In this document: positions 30,287 through 39,700 of the stretch, in pieces | Numbering within the stretch: the stretch's first letter is position 1 | Layout: each line of letters opens with the position of its first letter | Source: an uncultured bacterium | GTDB taxonomy: Bacteria; Oederibacteriota; PGYV01; CAWJRG01 | Length of the DNA stretch: 64,000 bases | Reading direction: 5' to 3' | Assembly (NCBI GenBank): GCA_963845185.1 | Contig: CAWJRG010000001.1 | Span: 160,001-224,000 of the forward strand | The notes under the pieces: generated by a model | Database searches by the model: none | What the model was told of the DNA's origin: nothing | The model's input: the letters and a program-made list of their open reading frames with translations, nothing else | Program-made: the position numbers and the translations under genes

Positions 30287-31786
30287 TTACTCGAATAATT
30301 TCTTTTTTTCTTCCGCGAATTCATCTTTTCCGCAGGCAAGCACAGCGGTTATAGGAGCGACCTTTTTAACCTCTTCCACCATTTTGCCCGATATATCCTG
30401 AATATCCCACTGCGCGTGTTTGTCCATGCGAAGCCTTGCTATATGGTATATTTCACGTAAATCCGCGTTTATTATAATCCTGCGCCTGTGGCTGTTTGTC
30501 AATATGTAATCCGCCGCATATTTCTGTGATTTTTTCAGCTTTTTATATGTTTTTTCCGTCTCGTCAATTATTTTATTGAATACGCCTGTTTGTTTTGTTT
30601 CTGTAATCGAGGGCGGCACAGTGACGCCGAGCGCAGGGTCATACTGTTGTTTTAGTATTGTCATCATCCTGTGACGTTTCATCTGAGCGAACGCGCTCGA
30701 GCTTAAAATTACCTCAAAAACAAAATTAACCATTTCAAATTCCCTGAACAAAGAATCATATTCGTTTAAATCAGCGAATAACGTCCTTACAAAATCAGTT
30801 TGTCCTTTTTTGCCGAGCTTTTTTGCGGTTTTCAGGCATGTTAAGTAATCCTTGCCTGTCGCCGTGCTTATCAGTGCGGCTATTATTTTCGTATCAGCGT
30901 CTTCCGTATTATAAACAAGTTTAACTTCCTGAATTTTTTTAATTGATTTGGAACTTGGGATTCTTGGTATTTTTTTCATTGCCTTTGCAATTGTATTTTT
31001 TCCTGTTGCAAGCAGGCCGTCAGACACTTCAAACCCGAACTGCTTTTTGAAAGTTTCCGGGTCAGAAAGTATTATTAGCGACGGCACTATGGTTTTGGCG
31101 CTGTCAAAAAATTTCTGCCCAAGCTCCCTTGACTCAGCCAAAGGATTGTATTTAAGCTTTCTTATTATATATTCAAGGTTGCGGGAATTTGTCGAAAACC
31201 CAAGCTGGCATTCTGTTGCCATTGACAGCACATAGCGCGCGTCTTCCTTTGCCCAACCCTCGACAGTATTTTGCCCTCCTTTAGTGGAAAGCATATCTGC
31301 GTGGATTTTTTTCTGGTATTCGTACAGTATGGGGAATAATTTCTTATATGCCTCGACCTGTTTTGCAACTGTTTCCTGGAAAACAGCCTTTTCCTGTTCG
31401 TTGAATTCGGCGGGTGTGACATAATCCCCCTGTAAAGTAATATATCTTTGTGATTTTTCAGTATAGGCAGACAACCTTGATTCTTCCAGCGCTTCAACAG
31501 CCAGCCGTGATAAGCCGAGAATATCGAAATTTAACAACGCATGCTCAGCTACGGAATGATGCCCCATTTTAAATACAATGTTTTCATTTGACTTGCGGGC
31601 CTTATCCAGCTCTTCCCTTGCGTCAGCGCGCAGCTCGGTTACTGGCCTTGGATCACGGCTGATGCGCGCATATGCGGCTGAAATGGTCTCAGGCGTAATG
31701 TTGTTTTTCCCGTCCCATCCCGATGTTTTCAGCTTTTCCAGCACGTCAGTATCTACATTATAACCCGCAAGCTTAACAATTAACAT
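30287..31786 (-). CDS. thyX: FAD-dependent thymidylate synthase with tandem ThyX domains
   Basis: GHHSVAEH, YTEKSQRY and EDARYVL in the first half; QMKRHR and AQWDI in the second half. Confidence 0.88.
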   Translation of the reverse strand: MLIVKLAGYNVDTDVLEKLKTSGWDGKNNITPETISAAYARISRDPRPVTELRADAREELDKARKSNENIVFKMGHHSVAEHALLNFDILGLSRLAVEALEESRLSAYTEKSQRYITLQGDYVTPAEFNEQEKAVFQETVAKQVEAYKKLFPILYEYQKKIHADMLSTKGGQNTVEGWAKEDARYVLSMATECQLGFSTNSRNLEYIIRKLKYNPLAESRELGQKFFDSAKTIVPSLIILSDPETFKKQFGFEVSDGLLATGKNTIAKAMKKIPRIPSSKSIKKIQEVKLVYNTEDADTKIIAALISTATGKDYLTCLKTAKKLGKKGQTDFVRTLFADLNEYDSLFREFEMVNFVFEVILSSSAFAQMKRHRMMTILKQQYDPALGVTVPPSITETKQTGVFNKIIDETEKTYKKLKKSQKYAADYILTNSHRRRIIINADLREIYHIARLRMDKHAQWDIQDISGKMVEEVKKVAPITAVLACGKDEFAEEKKKLFE

Positions 31787-31820
31787 TTTACTCCTTTTCT
31801 ATCTGTAGAGACACGCCATG

Positions 31821-33434
31821 GAGTCTGTCTCAAAACTCTTTTAAACGCCTTGCATTGCCTACACTTATCGCGTTTTTTAGCCCCTATCTTTATTATTTCT
31901 CTTCTTTTCGATTTGTGGTTCTTTTCTTGTCAGGTTGCGAACCTTAATTTAACCTTACCTTCCCTCCACAAGGCATACATTGTCTTTATGTTATGGGCGG
32001 CGCATATAAAAGACCATTGTGTTTTTACGCTTTCGATTCCTCTAACACTAAATCTTGTAAAACCAAGTACGTTTTTTATACGTCCCAATAATGGCTCAAC
32101 TATTGTTTTTCTCTTTCGAAGCTGTTCTTTCCAGTTATTGACCCTAGCTTCTTCTCTGTATATTGACACTATCTCCTCATACTCATGCTTATTTGCTTCT
32201 ATTATCCTTCCGGATTTTACCTTGCTGCATTCGTATTTATAAATACAATCCCTATGATCCCCGCATCGGTATATCATTGTCTCTTTTCCGTTTTTCTTCT
32301 TCCTTATACTGGTATATTCAAGCCTGCCATTTTTAGGACATACATATTCGTTTTTTTCTTTGTCGTATTTAAAATGCGCTTTGCCATACGGCCTATCGCT
32401 GTCATCCTCCGGCAAGTTAACAATTATATTCCTTTTTTCTTCTTTGGCTTTTGCCAGTTCTTCCGGTGAATAATACCCTCCATCCGCAAGCGTTACTCCT
32501 GATTTTTGTCCGGTATTCGACTCTGCTTTTTCTATCATATCATTCAGCATGTGAGCATCCGATTCCTTGTTTGTCACATTCTCTGCCACAATTATCTGTT
32601 TCTTTGCGTCCACAACAACCTGTGAGTTATATGCCTGTTGCAGTCCTTTACCTCTTGTCATCATGAACCGGCTGTCTCTATCTGTGGGGTTTTCAGTTGT
32701 TTTTCCTTCACTTTTCATACGTTCTATATGTTCTCTTATTACCTGACGCAGTTTCTCCTTTTCCTGCAATTCTTTTGGCATTCCGCACTTACTTTTGCCC
32801 TCTTCATCGTCTTGTTCGTCATTTTTCTCAATTTCCACCATTATTTTGTCTATTTCTCTGTCTAATTCTTGTATTTTTTTATTCATGTCTTTTATTGTTT
32901 TGGTCTTTTCCTTATTTACATCTGCCTGTATTTTTGTGCCGTCCACGGCTTGAATTTCAAAACCAACCAAATTGTTGTTTGTTGCCACACGCACCGTCTC
33001 CTTCAGTAAAACCCTTATCTGCTCTTTATTTCCTTTAAAAAATCTCCATAGCGTATTATGGTCGGGATGATTATTCCCGGTTATCCATATCATCCCCATT
33101 GAATCGTAAGTCATTTTTTCAACTTTTCTGCTGCTCTTTTTTCCTTCCAGTATGCCGTACATCCATGCCCCAAGTAAAAGATCTACAAAATATCCCGGTC
33201 TTCCGGTTTCTTCTTCCATTTTAAAACCCATCTCTTCAAGCGGTAATTCTTCTACGAATTCTACGACAAATCGAGCTAAATGATCTTTTGAAACCCAATC
33301 TTCTATTGCCGGTGGCAGTAGATACATTTGATTTCTATCGGCTCTTATCGTTGGCATTTGGTTTCTCCTTCGCTAAATTTTGAAACCATTATACCATTTA
33401 TGTCAAAGAATTAAGAGGCTTTTGAGACAGACTC
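31821..33434 (-). mobile_element. IS1182-family insertion sequence (1,614 bp) with a 4-bp CATG target duplication
   Basis: Terminal IRs GAGTCTGTCTCAAAA / TTTTGAGACAGACTC; CATG at 31817-31820 and 33435-33438. Confidence 0.93.
31930..33357 (-). CDS. IS1182-family DDE transposase
   Basis: SSRKVE, PDHNTLWRF, AVDGTKIQA, ADGGY, RKTIVEP motifs. Confidence 0.95.
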   Translation of the reverse strand: MPTIRADRNQMYLLPPAIEDWVSKDHLARFVVEFVEELPLEEMGFKMEEETGRPGYFVDLLLGAWMYGILEGKKSSRKVEKMTYDSMGMIWITGNNHPDHNTLWRFFKGNKEQIRVLLKETVRVATNNNLVGFEIQAVDGTKIQADVNKEKTKTIKDMNKKIQELDREIDKIMVEIEKNDEQDDEEGKSKCGMPKELQEKEKLRQVIREHIERMKSEGKTTENPTDRDSRFMMTRGKGLQQAYNSQVVVDAKKQIIVAENVTNKESDAHMLNDMIEKAESNTGQKSGVTLADGGYYSPEELAKAKEEKRNIIVNLPEDDSDRPYGKAHFKYDKEKNEYVCPKNGRLEYTSIRKKKNGKETMIYRCGDHRDCIYKYECSKVKSGRIIEANKHEYEEIVSIYREEARVNNWKEQLRKRKTIVEPLLGRIKNVLGFTRFSVRGIESVKTQWSFICAAHNIKTMYALWREGKVKLRFAT

Positions 33435-33534
33435 CATGGCGTGTCTCTACTTTAATTCAATCACAGAGTATGCGTATTTTATCACGATATTTTCGGAAAG
33501 CAAGACGAAAAGGAAAGGATAAAAAGATTTGCAA

Positions 33535-33846
33535 TTAAGCGTGGATCATTGTCAGCAGCATTTTAAACTTCTTAATTGCTTTTAACGCGTGCGGCATTTT
33601 TGCCGGCAGGATTATTATTTCGCCTTCATACGCTGAAACCTTTTTCCCACCTATTGTTATTTCAGCCTCACCCTCGATTATTTGCATAAAAGCATCAAAA
33701 GGTGCGGTATGCTCACTTAACCCCTGGCTTTTATCAAAGGCAAATAAAGTTATGGCACCTGCCTTTTTATCAATAAATGTTTTGCTTACAATTGATTTCG
33801 GGGAATATTTAATACTTTCTTTTAAATTCTTTGCCTTGTTTGCCAT
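33535..33846 (-). CDS. Cupin domain protein
   Basis: LFAFDKSQGLSEHTAPFDA...PHAL. Confidence 0.92.
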   Translation of the reverse strand: MANKAKNLKESIKYSPKSIVSKTFIDKKAGAITLFAFDKSQGLSEHTAPFDAFMQIIEGEAEITIGGKKVSAYEGEIIILPAKMPHALKAIKKFKMLLTMIHA

Positions 33847-33886
33847 ACTATCCTCCGCATTTTAATAATATGCATCTTTAAAAAAC

Positions 33887-33925
33887 AAATTGGATACCCG
33901 GGGTTTGTCCACAGGTATCCAATTT
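33887..33925 (-). terminator. Probable intrinsic terminator
   Basis: aaattggatacc...ggtatccaattt inverted repeat with a T tract on the minus strand, after the esterase gene. Confidence 0.6.
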
Positions 33926-33955
33926 TAATTTACGTCCAATATAAAATATTTCTTA

Positions 33956-35770
33956 TCACCAGCCCATTACGCTTTTTATTTGCGGTACTATTTGGTTTAC
34001 GACTTTTGTATGACCTCCATCATTCGGATGCGTGGATCCGTCAGCGTAATCGGATGTAGAAAGCAGCGGTACTCCGGAAGTATTAACCTGCAGATAATGA
34101 ACATTTGAAGTTGTCGGATAAGAATCAACCATGGTCTGTATGTATGTCTTCCCAGTGTAGTCATATCCGTCATACTGCATGCACCATCCCGGAATTGGTT
34201 CCATGCAAAAAATTGTTGCGTTTGGATAAACCGTCCTGGCGTAATTTATAAAAGTTGTGTACGCAGCCTCGTATGCTGCTGTGATAGTGCTGCCTGCCGG
34301 CATAATCCACTGTCCGTTTGTGTCATTGGCTCCCAGCGCAATTACCACTGCATCGGGCTGCCATGTATTGAAATCCCACTGCGGGTAGGCAAAGTGGTAC
34401 AATGTCTGTTTATAATAATCCGGCATGTGCAACTGGTTCGGCGGCCATGATTCGTTCCAGTTATGATACACACCAATCCCTCCCCTGCCAATATTGCTCC
34501 ATTCCGCGTTTAACTGCAAAGCTGTCTGCGGGCCAAATGCCGTATATCCGTTTTCATCAAGATTTGTATTAACTACGCTGGTTCCACAAACCGTGCATTC
34601 ATCGTCTGTACCTACTGAAATTGAATCTCCTATGAATTCTATTTTTCTTGAAGGCCTCGGAGACGGCGCATTCAGCGTAAATGTCCCGCCGTTTACCGCC
34701 GTGAAACCCCAAAAGTTGGTGCTGGCGTCAATGTCGCTCCCGACAGCGGCCTGGCAGTCTGTCCTGCGCATGAATGTAAGCGTATGCGCTGTATTGGACA
34801 GCCCGCTTGCAAGGGCGTAAGCAGTGCTTGTGCTTGCCAGCATCTGCACAAACGGCCCGCCGTCTATACTGTACTGGTAATTATTTTGAGCGCTTGGATC
34901 CCACATATTAATACCCACGCTGGTTCCTGTAAAATTTGCCATTATGTAAACATTACCCCAGTCAGCCCTGTAATTTGTCGGGTCTGATTTATCCCACCGC
35001 CCAAAGTACTGGATTCTTGGGTCATCAGGACTGTTTGGTATGGCCATTGTGGCTGTCTGGGTTGGTGTGTTTGTTGGTGTTGTTGGCCCAGGTGTATTTG
35101 AAGGTATTGGAGTGTTTGAAGCTGTTGTTACTGGAGCTGTATCAAGCTCAACAGCGTCAAGATAAAGGTTTCCTGCAAATACGCCGCTGCTCATTTGTAT
35201 ACCTAACTTCTTTACGTTTGTCAAATCCCCGCCCGTGGCTGTTTCTGTTATTGAATAATACAATACATTCCATTTGCCCGGGGTATAATTTAACCAGTTT
35301 CCCTGCTGCCATACGTAACCGGTTCCTGTTTGAATATAAATTGCACCGCCTCCTGAAGGGAATCCTGACGGCACGTACATCCTTGCTACAACCATTTTCC
35401 CTGTAAAATTCGTCACTAACGGAGGCTGGACGACAAGGCTTCCGCTGGTTGCGCTTGAAGTAAAATTACATTCCACGGCAAGTGAATGAGTACCGTAATA
35501 TGCTATATATGTCGAGTTTGCAGTGCCAGTAATGCCGCCTGACCCTGTCCATCCCATTGTGCCCAAAGTTGGAGTCTCAAAGCCGTACAAAGTATTATCC
35601 GGAATTGTCGCTGTAAAAGTAGGCGTTGGTCCTGAAGGTGTAAATGTTTGAGTAGGCGGTGATGGCGCCGTTGGTGATGCCACTGGCGGCCTCTTTCTCG
35701 CGCAGCCAATAACAATAATTAAAGTTAGGCATAAAACAATAACAGCCCAAATAACAATTTTTTTCTTCAT
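33956..35770 (-). CDS. Lipoprotein with a CBM-like domain and a CE2-like SGNH/GDSL carbohydrate esterase
   Basis: Lipobox IIGC; IQYFGRW; IEFIGDSISVG; LGAND; THPN; Thr-Pro linkers. Confidence 0.85.
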   Translation of the reverse strand: MKKKIVIWAVIVLCLTLIIVIGCARKRPPVASPTAPSPPTQTFTPSGPTPTFTATIPDNTLYGFETPTLGTMGWTGSGGITGTANSTYIAYYGTHSLAVECNFTSSATSGSLVVQPPLVTNFTGKMVVARMYVPSGFPSGGGAIYIQTGTGYVWQQGNWLNYTPGKWNVLYYSITETATGGDLTNVKKLGIQMSSGVFAGNLYLDAVELDTAPVTTASNTPIPSNTPGPTTPTNTPTQTATMAIPNSPDDPRIQYFGRWDKSDPTNYRADWGNVYIMANFTGTSVGINMWDPSAQNNYQYSIDGGPFVQMLASTSTAYALASGLSNTAHTLTFMRRTDCQAAVGSDIDASTNFWGFTAVNGGTFTLNAPSPRPSRKIEFIGDSISVGTDDECTVCGTSVVNTNLDENGYTAFGPQTALQLNAEWSNIGRGGIGVYHNWNESWPPNQLHMPDYYKQTLYHFAYPQWDFNTWQPDAVVIALGANDTNGQWIMPAGSTITAAYEAAYTTFINYARTVYPNATIFCMEPIPGWCMQYDGYDYTGKTYIQTMVDSYPTTSNVHYLQVNTSGVPLLSTSDYADGSTHPNDGGHTKVVNQIVPQIKSVMGW

Positions 35771-35890
35771 GATTTTTACCTCACATTATTAGATTTTTGT
35801 CCCTATATATATTAACGGTACTATGTAATATATACTATTCGAAAACGTTTTTGTCAATATATTTTAGACATACAGCAAATAGACATTTAT

Positions 35891-36811
35891 TTAAATTTTA
35901 AATGAAACCCCTATCCCTATTGAGTTTGATGCCGGGTCAAGCAGCCATGCTGTTGTCATTGTAAGAAAATCATACCAGAAATGGCCTGCCACTGCCTTTT
36001 CAATCTTATAATTATCATCCTGTACTTCATGCCCCAATGCCAAACCTGCAAGCGTAGTAAACACAACAGTACTAAGTGGATTGCCCAGTCCCGGATTTAA
36101 AGCGTGTGCCGCTCCAAAAGTGAAAGCTGTAATTACAAGCCCGGTTTCCTTGCCGAATTCATAATCAAGTACAGGCATAATAATGCCCCTGAATGCCATT
36201 TCTTCTGATACGCCCGCGCCATAGCTTGTCATCAAGGACATGCTCTCATAATATAAAGTCCCCTGGTCCCTGCTCATATTATTTCCCATGGCATGAACCC
36301 TGAATATATCGCTAAATGTTTTTGTGCCGCTGATATGCGTGCTCGCGCCGTCAAGTATGCCGAGACCTGCCATTAAGAATACAAACGGCGAGCATACGAC
36401 CTCCGGTTTAAACGGCGCTTTTAATAGTTCGGTATAAGGGGCGGCATCATAATTAAAATTTTTTCTGTTTTCCTCAGCCCGCTCCTTTAATTCAGCGTTT
36501 TCCTTTTGCAAGTAGCTCCATTTATCTATTATATAAAGCTGGCCGGCAAAAAGCAGCGGCAGGTTCCACTCAGACGTGCTTTGATCCAGCCTGCCATTTA
36601 TTGCTATACCCGTAGCCAGGGCTGATACTTCGCCGGCGGCAAATATGCTGCCTGTAAGAATATCGCCTTCATAAAAATGCGTGCTTCCGGGCAAGATATA
36701 AATAAGGTAAGGCATATCCCCTGCTTTGACATTTATAGCGGCAGATGTAAAAAACATGATGATCAGAATAAAAAATGTCTTTGTTTTTGTTCTCACAATT
36801 ATATCCTGCAC
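35891..36811 (-). CDS. CPBP/Abi-family intramembrane metalloprotease
   Basis: EEMAFRG, FGAAH and H..YD motifs. Confidence 0.85.
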   Translation of the reverse strand: MQDIIVRTKTKTFFILIIMFFTSAAINVKAGDMPYLIYILPGSTHFYEGDILTGSIFAAGEVSALATGIAINGRLDQSTSEWNLPLLFAGQLYIIDKWSYLQKENAELKERAEENRKNFNYDAAPYTELLKAPFKPEVVCSPFVFLMAGLGILDGASTHISGTKTFSDIFRVHAMGNNMSRDQGTLYYESMSLMTSYGAGVSEEMAFRGIIMPVLDYEFGKETGLVITAFTFGAAHALNPGLGNPLSTVVFTTLAGLALGHEVQDDNYKIEKAVAGHFWYDFLTMTTAWLLDPASNSIGIGVSFKI

Positions 36812-36861
36812 CCGCCATGGCTATTGATATGCAAATTAATTTTGAATAGTTATATCACGTA

Positions 36862-37821
36862 TTATTTTTTCTTTTTTGTGGATTTTTTCTTTTCTTTCAG
36901 CATTGCTTTTGCTTCTTTTACAATATGTTTTTCCGTCAGCCCGTATTTTTCATAAAGCGCCTCGGGAGTGCCCGACTCTGCGAATTCATCCTTTAAGCCT
37001 ATCCTTCTCAATAATACCGGATATTTTGATGTCAGGACTTCGCTAACCGCCGAACCCAGCCCTCCTATAATGTTGTGCTCTTCTATCGTTATTATTTTAC
37101 CGGTTGTCCGCGCCGAATTAACGATTGTCTTCTCGTCAATCGGCTTTATCGTAGGCATGTGCAGAACTTCTGCCTTGATTCCTTCTTTTGCAAGCATTTT
37201 ACCTGCTGTCACCGCCTGAAAAAGCATCACTCCTGTGCTTATTATTGTTATGTCTTTGCCTTTTTGCATTACATGGGCTTTGCCGAACTCAAATTTATAT
37301 TTATCGTCAAATAGCACTTCACTGTTCATTCTGGCAAGGCGCACATATACCGGAGAATCATAATACTGTGCCAGATACTCGATTAATTTTTCAGTTTCAA
37401 TAGAATCAGCAGGAGCCACGACTTTCATATTCGGCAGTGCACGCATAATTGCCATGTCCTCGCACGCCTGATGCGTGGGTCCGTCTTCACCCACTGAAAT
37501 GCCCGAATGCGTGACGACTATCTTTACCGGCAGTTTCGGGTAACAGATTGAATTTCTTATCTGCTCCCACGGCCTTCCAGAACCGAACATCGCGAAAGTC
37601 GAGGCAAAAGGGTTCATGCCCATTGCTGCAAATCCCGCAGCCGTACCCATCATGTCCTGCTCCGCAATGCCCATGTCGAAAAATCTGTCGGGAAATTTCT
37701 TGCCAAAACGCAGGGTCTGGGTCGACTTGGCGAGGTCAGCGTCAAGCACGACTATATTTTTGTTTTTTTCTCCCAGGCGCGCTAAAGTATCGCCGTAAGT
37801 ATTTCTCATTGATGTCTTCAT
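36862..37821 (-). CDS. Transketolase C-terminal subunit
   Basis: DADLAKST, GIAEQ, GEDGPTHQ, EEHNIIGGLGSAV; ATGA overlap with the upstream stop. Confidence 0.95.
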   Translation of the reverse strand: MKTSMRNTYGDTLARLGEKNKNIVVLDADLAKSTQTLRFGKKFPDRFFDMGIAEQDMMGTAAGFAAMGMNPFASTFAMFGSGRPWEQIRNSICYPKLPVKIVVTHSGISVGEDGPTHQACEDMAIMRALPNMKVVAPADSIETEKLIEYLAQYYDSPVYVRLARMNSEVLFDDKYKFEFGKAHVMQKGKDITIISTGVMLFQAVTAGKMLAKEGIKAEVLHMPTIKPIDEKTIVNSARTTGKIITIEEHNIIGGLGSAVSEVLTSKYPVLLRRIGLKDEFAESGTPEALYEKYGLTEKHIVKEAKAMLKEKKKSTKKKK

Positions 37822-39608
37822 TTTTTGCAGCTCCTTAATTCCTTCAACGCGCGGTCGCATTCTTCTTCTGTAGGCGCGACCCCATGGTACTCGACTTTCC
37901 TTTCCATAAACGATATGCCTTTGCCCTTGACTGTCCTTGCTATTATTATTGTCGGCATACCCTTAACTTTCGCGGCATCGTTGAACGCCTCCACTATGGC
38001 CTCGTAATTGTGCCCGTCTATTTCTATAACATTCCAGTTAAACGCCCTCCATTTATCAACGACAGGCTCCAATCCTGCTTTTACTTCTCCTATGCTGCCG
38101 TCTATCTGCAGGCCGTTATAATCAAGTATAGCGCAGACATTGTCAAGGTGCCTTGTGGCTGACGTCATTGCCGCCTCCCATACCTGGCCCTCCTGGATTT
38201 CGCCGTCTCCGAGCATTACATAAATCCTTGAATCAAGTCCTTTTAACCTTGCGGCAAGCGCCATGCCGTTTGCTATTGAAAGCCCCTGCCCTAGCGAGCC
38301 CGTAGTCATGTCAACGCCCGGTGTTTTTCTCATATCCGGATGCCCTGACAGGTCCTCGTCGATTTTTCTTAATTTGCTGAGCTTATCTTCAGGGAAAAAT
38401 CCTGCCTCCACCAGTGCCGCGTAAAGCGCGGGCGCTGCATGGCCTTTTGAGAGTACAAACCTGTCCCTGTTTTCCCATTTTGGATTTTTCGGGTCAATGC
38501 GCATAACGTGTAAATATAATGCCGCAATTATGTCCACTGCCGACAGCGACCCCCCCAAATGGCCTGACTTGGCTGCACCGAGCATTTTAATAATATTTTC
38601 CCTCATTTTGTGCGCTTTACTTTCCAGGTTTATTATTATTTCGTTGTAATCCCTGTAAAATCCCCCGCATTTTTTGCGTTCTTTTAGAAAGACGTCGAGT
38701 TCCTCTTTTGTCGCCAGGCTTTCCTGCGCACCTATCTGCCGGGTCACAAGCGCGCCTGCAGCGTTGCCGTAATCAATGGCGTCTATTACGAATTTTCCAT
38801 CCGCAATGGCGACTGCCACAGCCCCGACAAATGCGTCGCCTCCGCCTACGGTATCTTTTACTTCAATACCGTAACCATGGAACACCGTAGCCCCGTGCTC
38901 GTTTACAAGCAATGTGCCTTCCCTGCCCATTGTTATGATAACGTGGTTTACACCAAGTTTCCTTAATTCCCTTGCCGACTGCGTGCCGGTTTCCATATGC
39001 GAGATTACCCTGTCCGTCAGGTATCCGCCTTCCCTCTCGTTCATTATCACTATATCCATGCCGCGCAGGACCTCTTTTATCTCATGCACTTTCTTGTCCC
39101 CTGCCGAACCGATATTAAGCACGGTCTTTACTTTGTTCTCTTTTGCTATTTCAATTGCTTTTTTTGCAGCATCAACAGGAATCTCCGTGCAGATAACTAC
39201 CACTTTTGATTTTTTTATTGCCTCGGACGCGCGTTCGACATCTTCCGGTGTCAACGCATTGTTTGCGCCCATATAAAGCGTCACTTTATTCCCTTTATTT
39301 CCCGTGGTGTTCACAAGCGCCACGCCGGTTATAAGGTTGTTGTCTTCTAAAAAATAATCAAGGTTGATATTCGGATTGTTTAAATTTTTCATGGTTATAT
39401 CAGGCAACGGGTCTTTGCCTTTTTTTGCAACGAAATAAACCTTCTTGCCGAGCCGTGCAATAGCCACTGCCTGGTTCGCGCCTTTACCGCCCGGCAGGAA
39501 AAATATATTATCACCGGCTACTGTTTCTCCCCGTTCCGGCATCTTTGGTGTCTTTACAATGACGTCAAGGTTTATGCTGCCTATGACTGTAATCGCGTCC
39601 TGCTCCAT
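37818..39608 (-). CDS. Ribokinase (PfkB) fused to the transketolase N-terminal subunit
   Basis: GGKGANQAVA and DTVGGGDAF in the first half; GHLGGSLS, LSKGHAAP, TGSLGQG and GDGE..EG in the second half, all in one ORF. Confidence 0.92.
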   Translation of the reverse strand: MEQDAITVIGSINLDVIVKTPKMPERGETVAGDNIFFLPGGKGANQAVAIARLGKKVYFVAKKGKDPLPDITMKNLNNPNINLDYFLEDNNLITGVALVNTTGNKGNKVTLYMGANNALTPEDVERASEAIKKSKVVVICTEIPVDAAKKAIEIAKENKVKTVLNIGSAGDKKVHEIKEVLRGMDIVIMNEREGGYLTDRVISHMETGTQSARELRKLGVNHVIITMGREGTLLVNEHGATVFHGYGIEVKDTVGGGDAFVGAVAVAIADGKFVIDAIDYGNAAGALVTRQIGAQESLATKEELDVFLKERKKCGGFYRDYNEIIINLESKAHKMRENIIKMLGAAKSGHLGGSLSAVDIIAALYLHVMRIDPKNPKWENRDRFVLSKGHAAPALYAALVEAGFFPEDKLSKLRKIDEDLSGHPDMRKTPGVDMTTGSLGQGLSIANGMALAARLKGLDSRIYVMLGDGEIQEGQVWEAAMTSATRHLDNVCAILDYNGLQIDGSIGEVKAGLEPVVDKWRAFNWNVIEIDGHNYEAIVEAFNDAAKVKGMPTIIIARTVKGKGISFMERKVEYHGVAPTEEECDRALKELRSCKK

Positions 39609-39700
39609 TCAAAATCCTCCGAATATTTTTGCGTCTTGTAAAACATGAAATTAACCCAAGATATTTTTGAATTAAAAGCGGGATTATTATACAGATTTTT

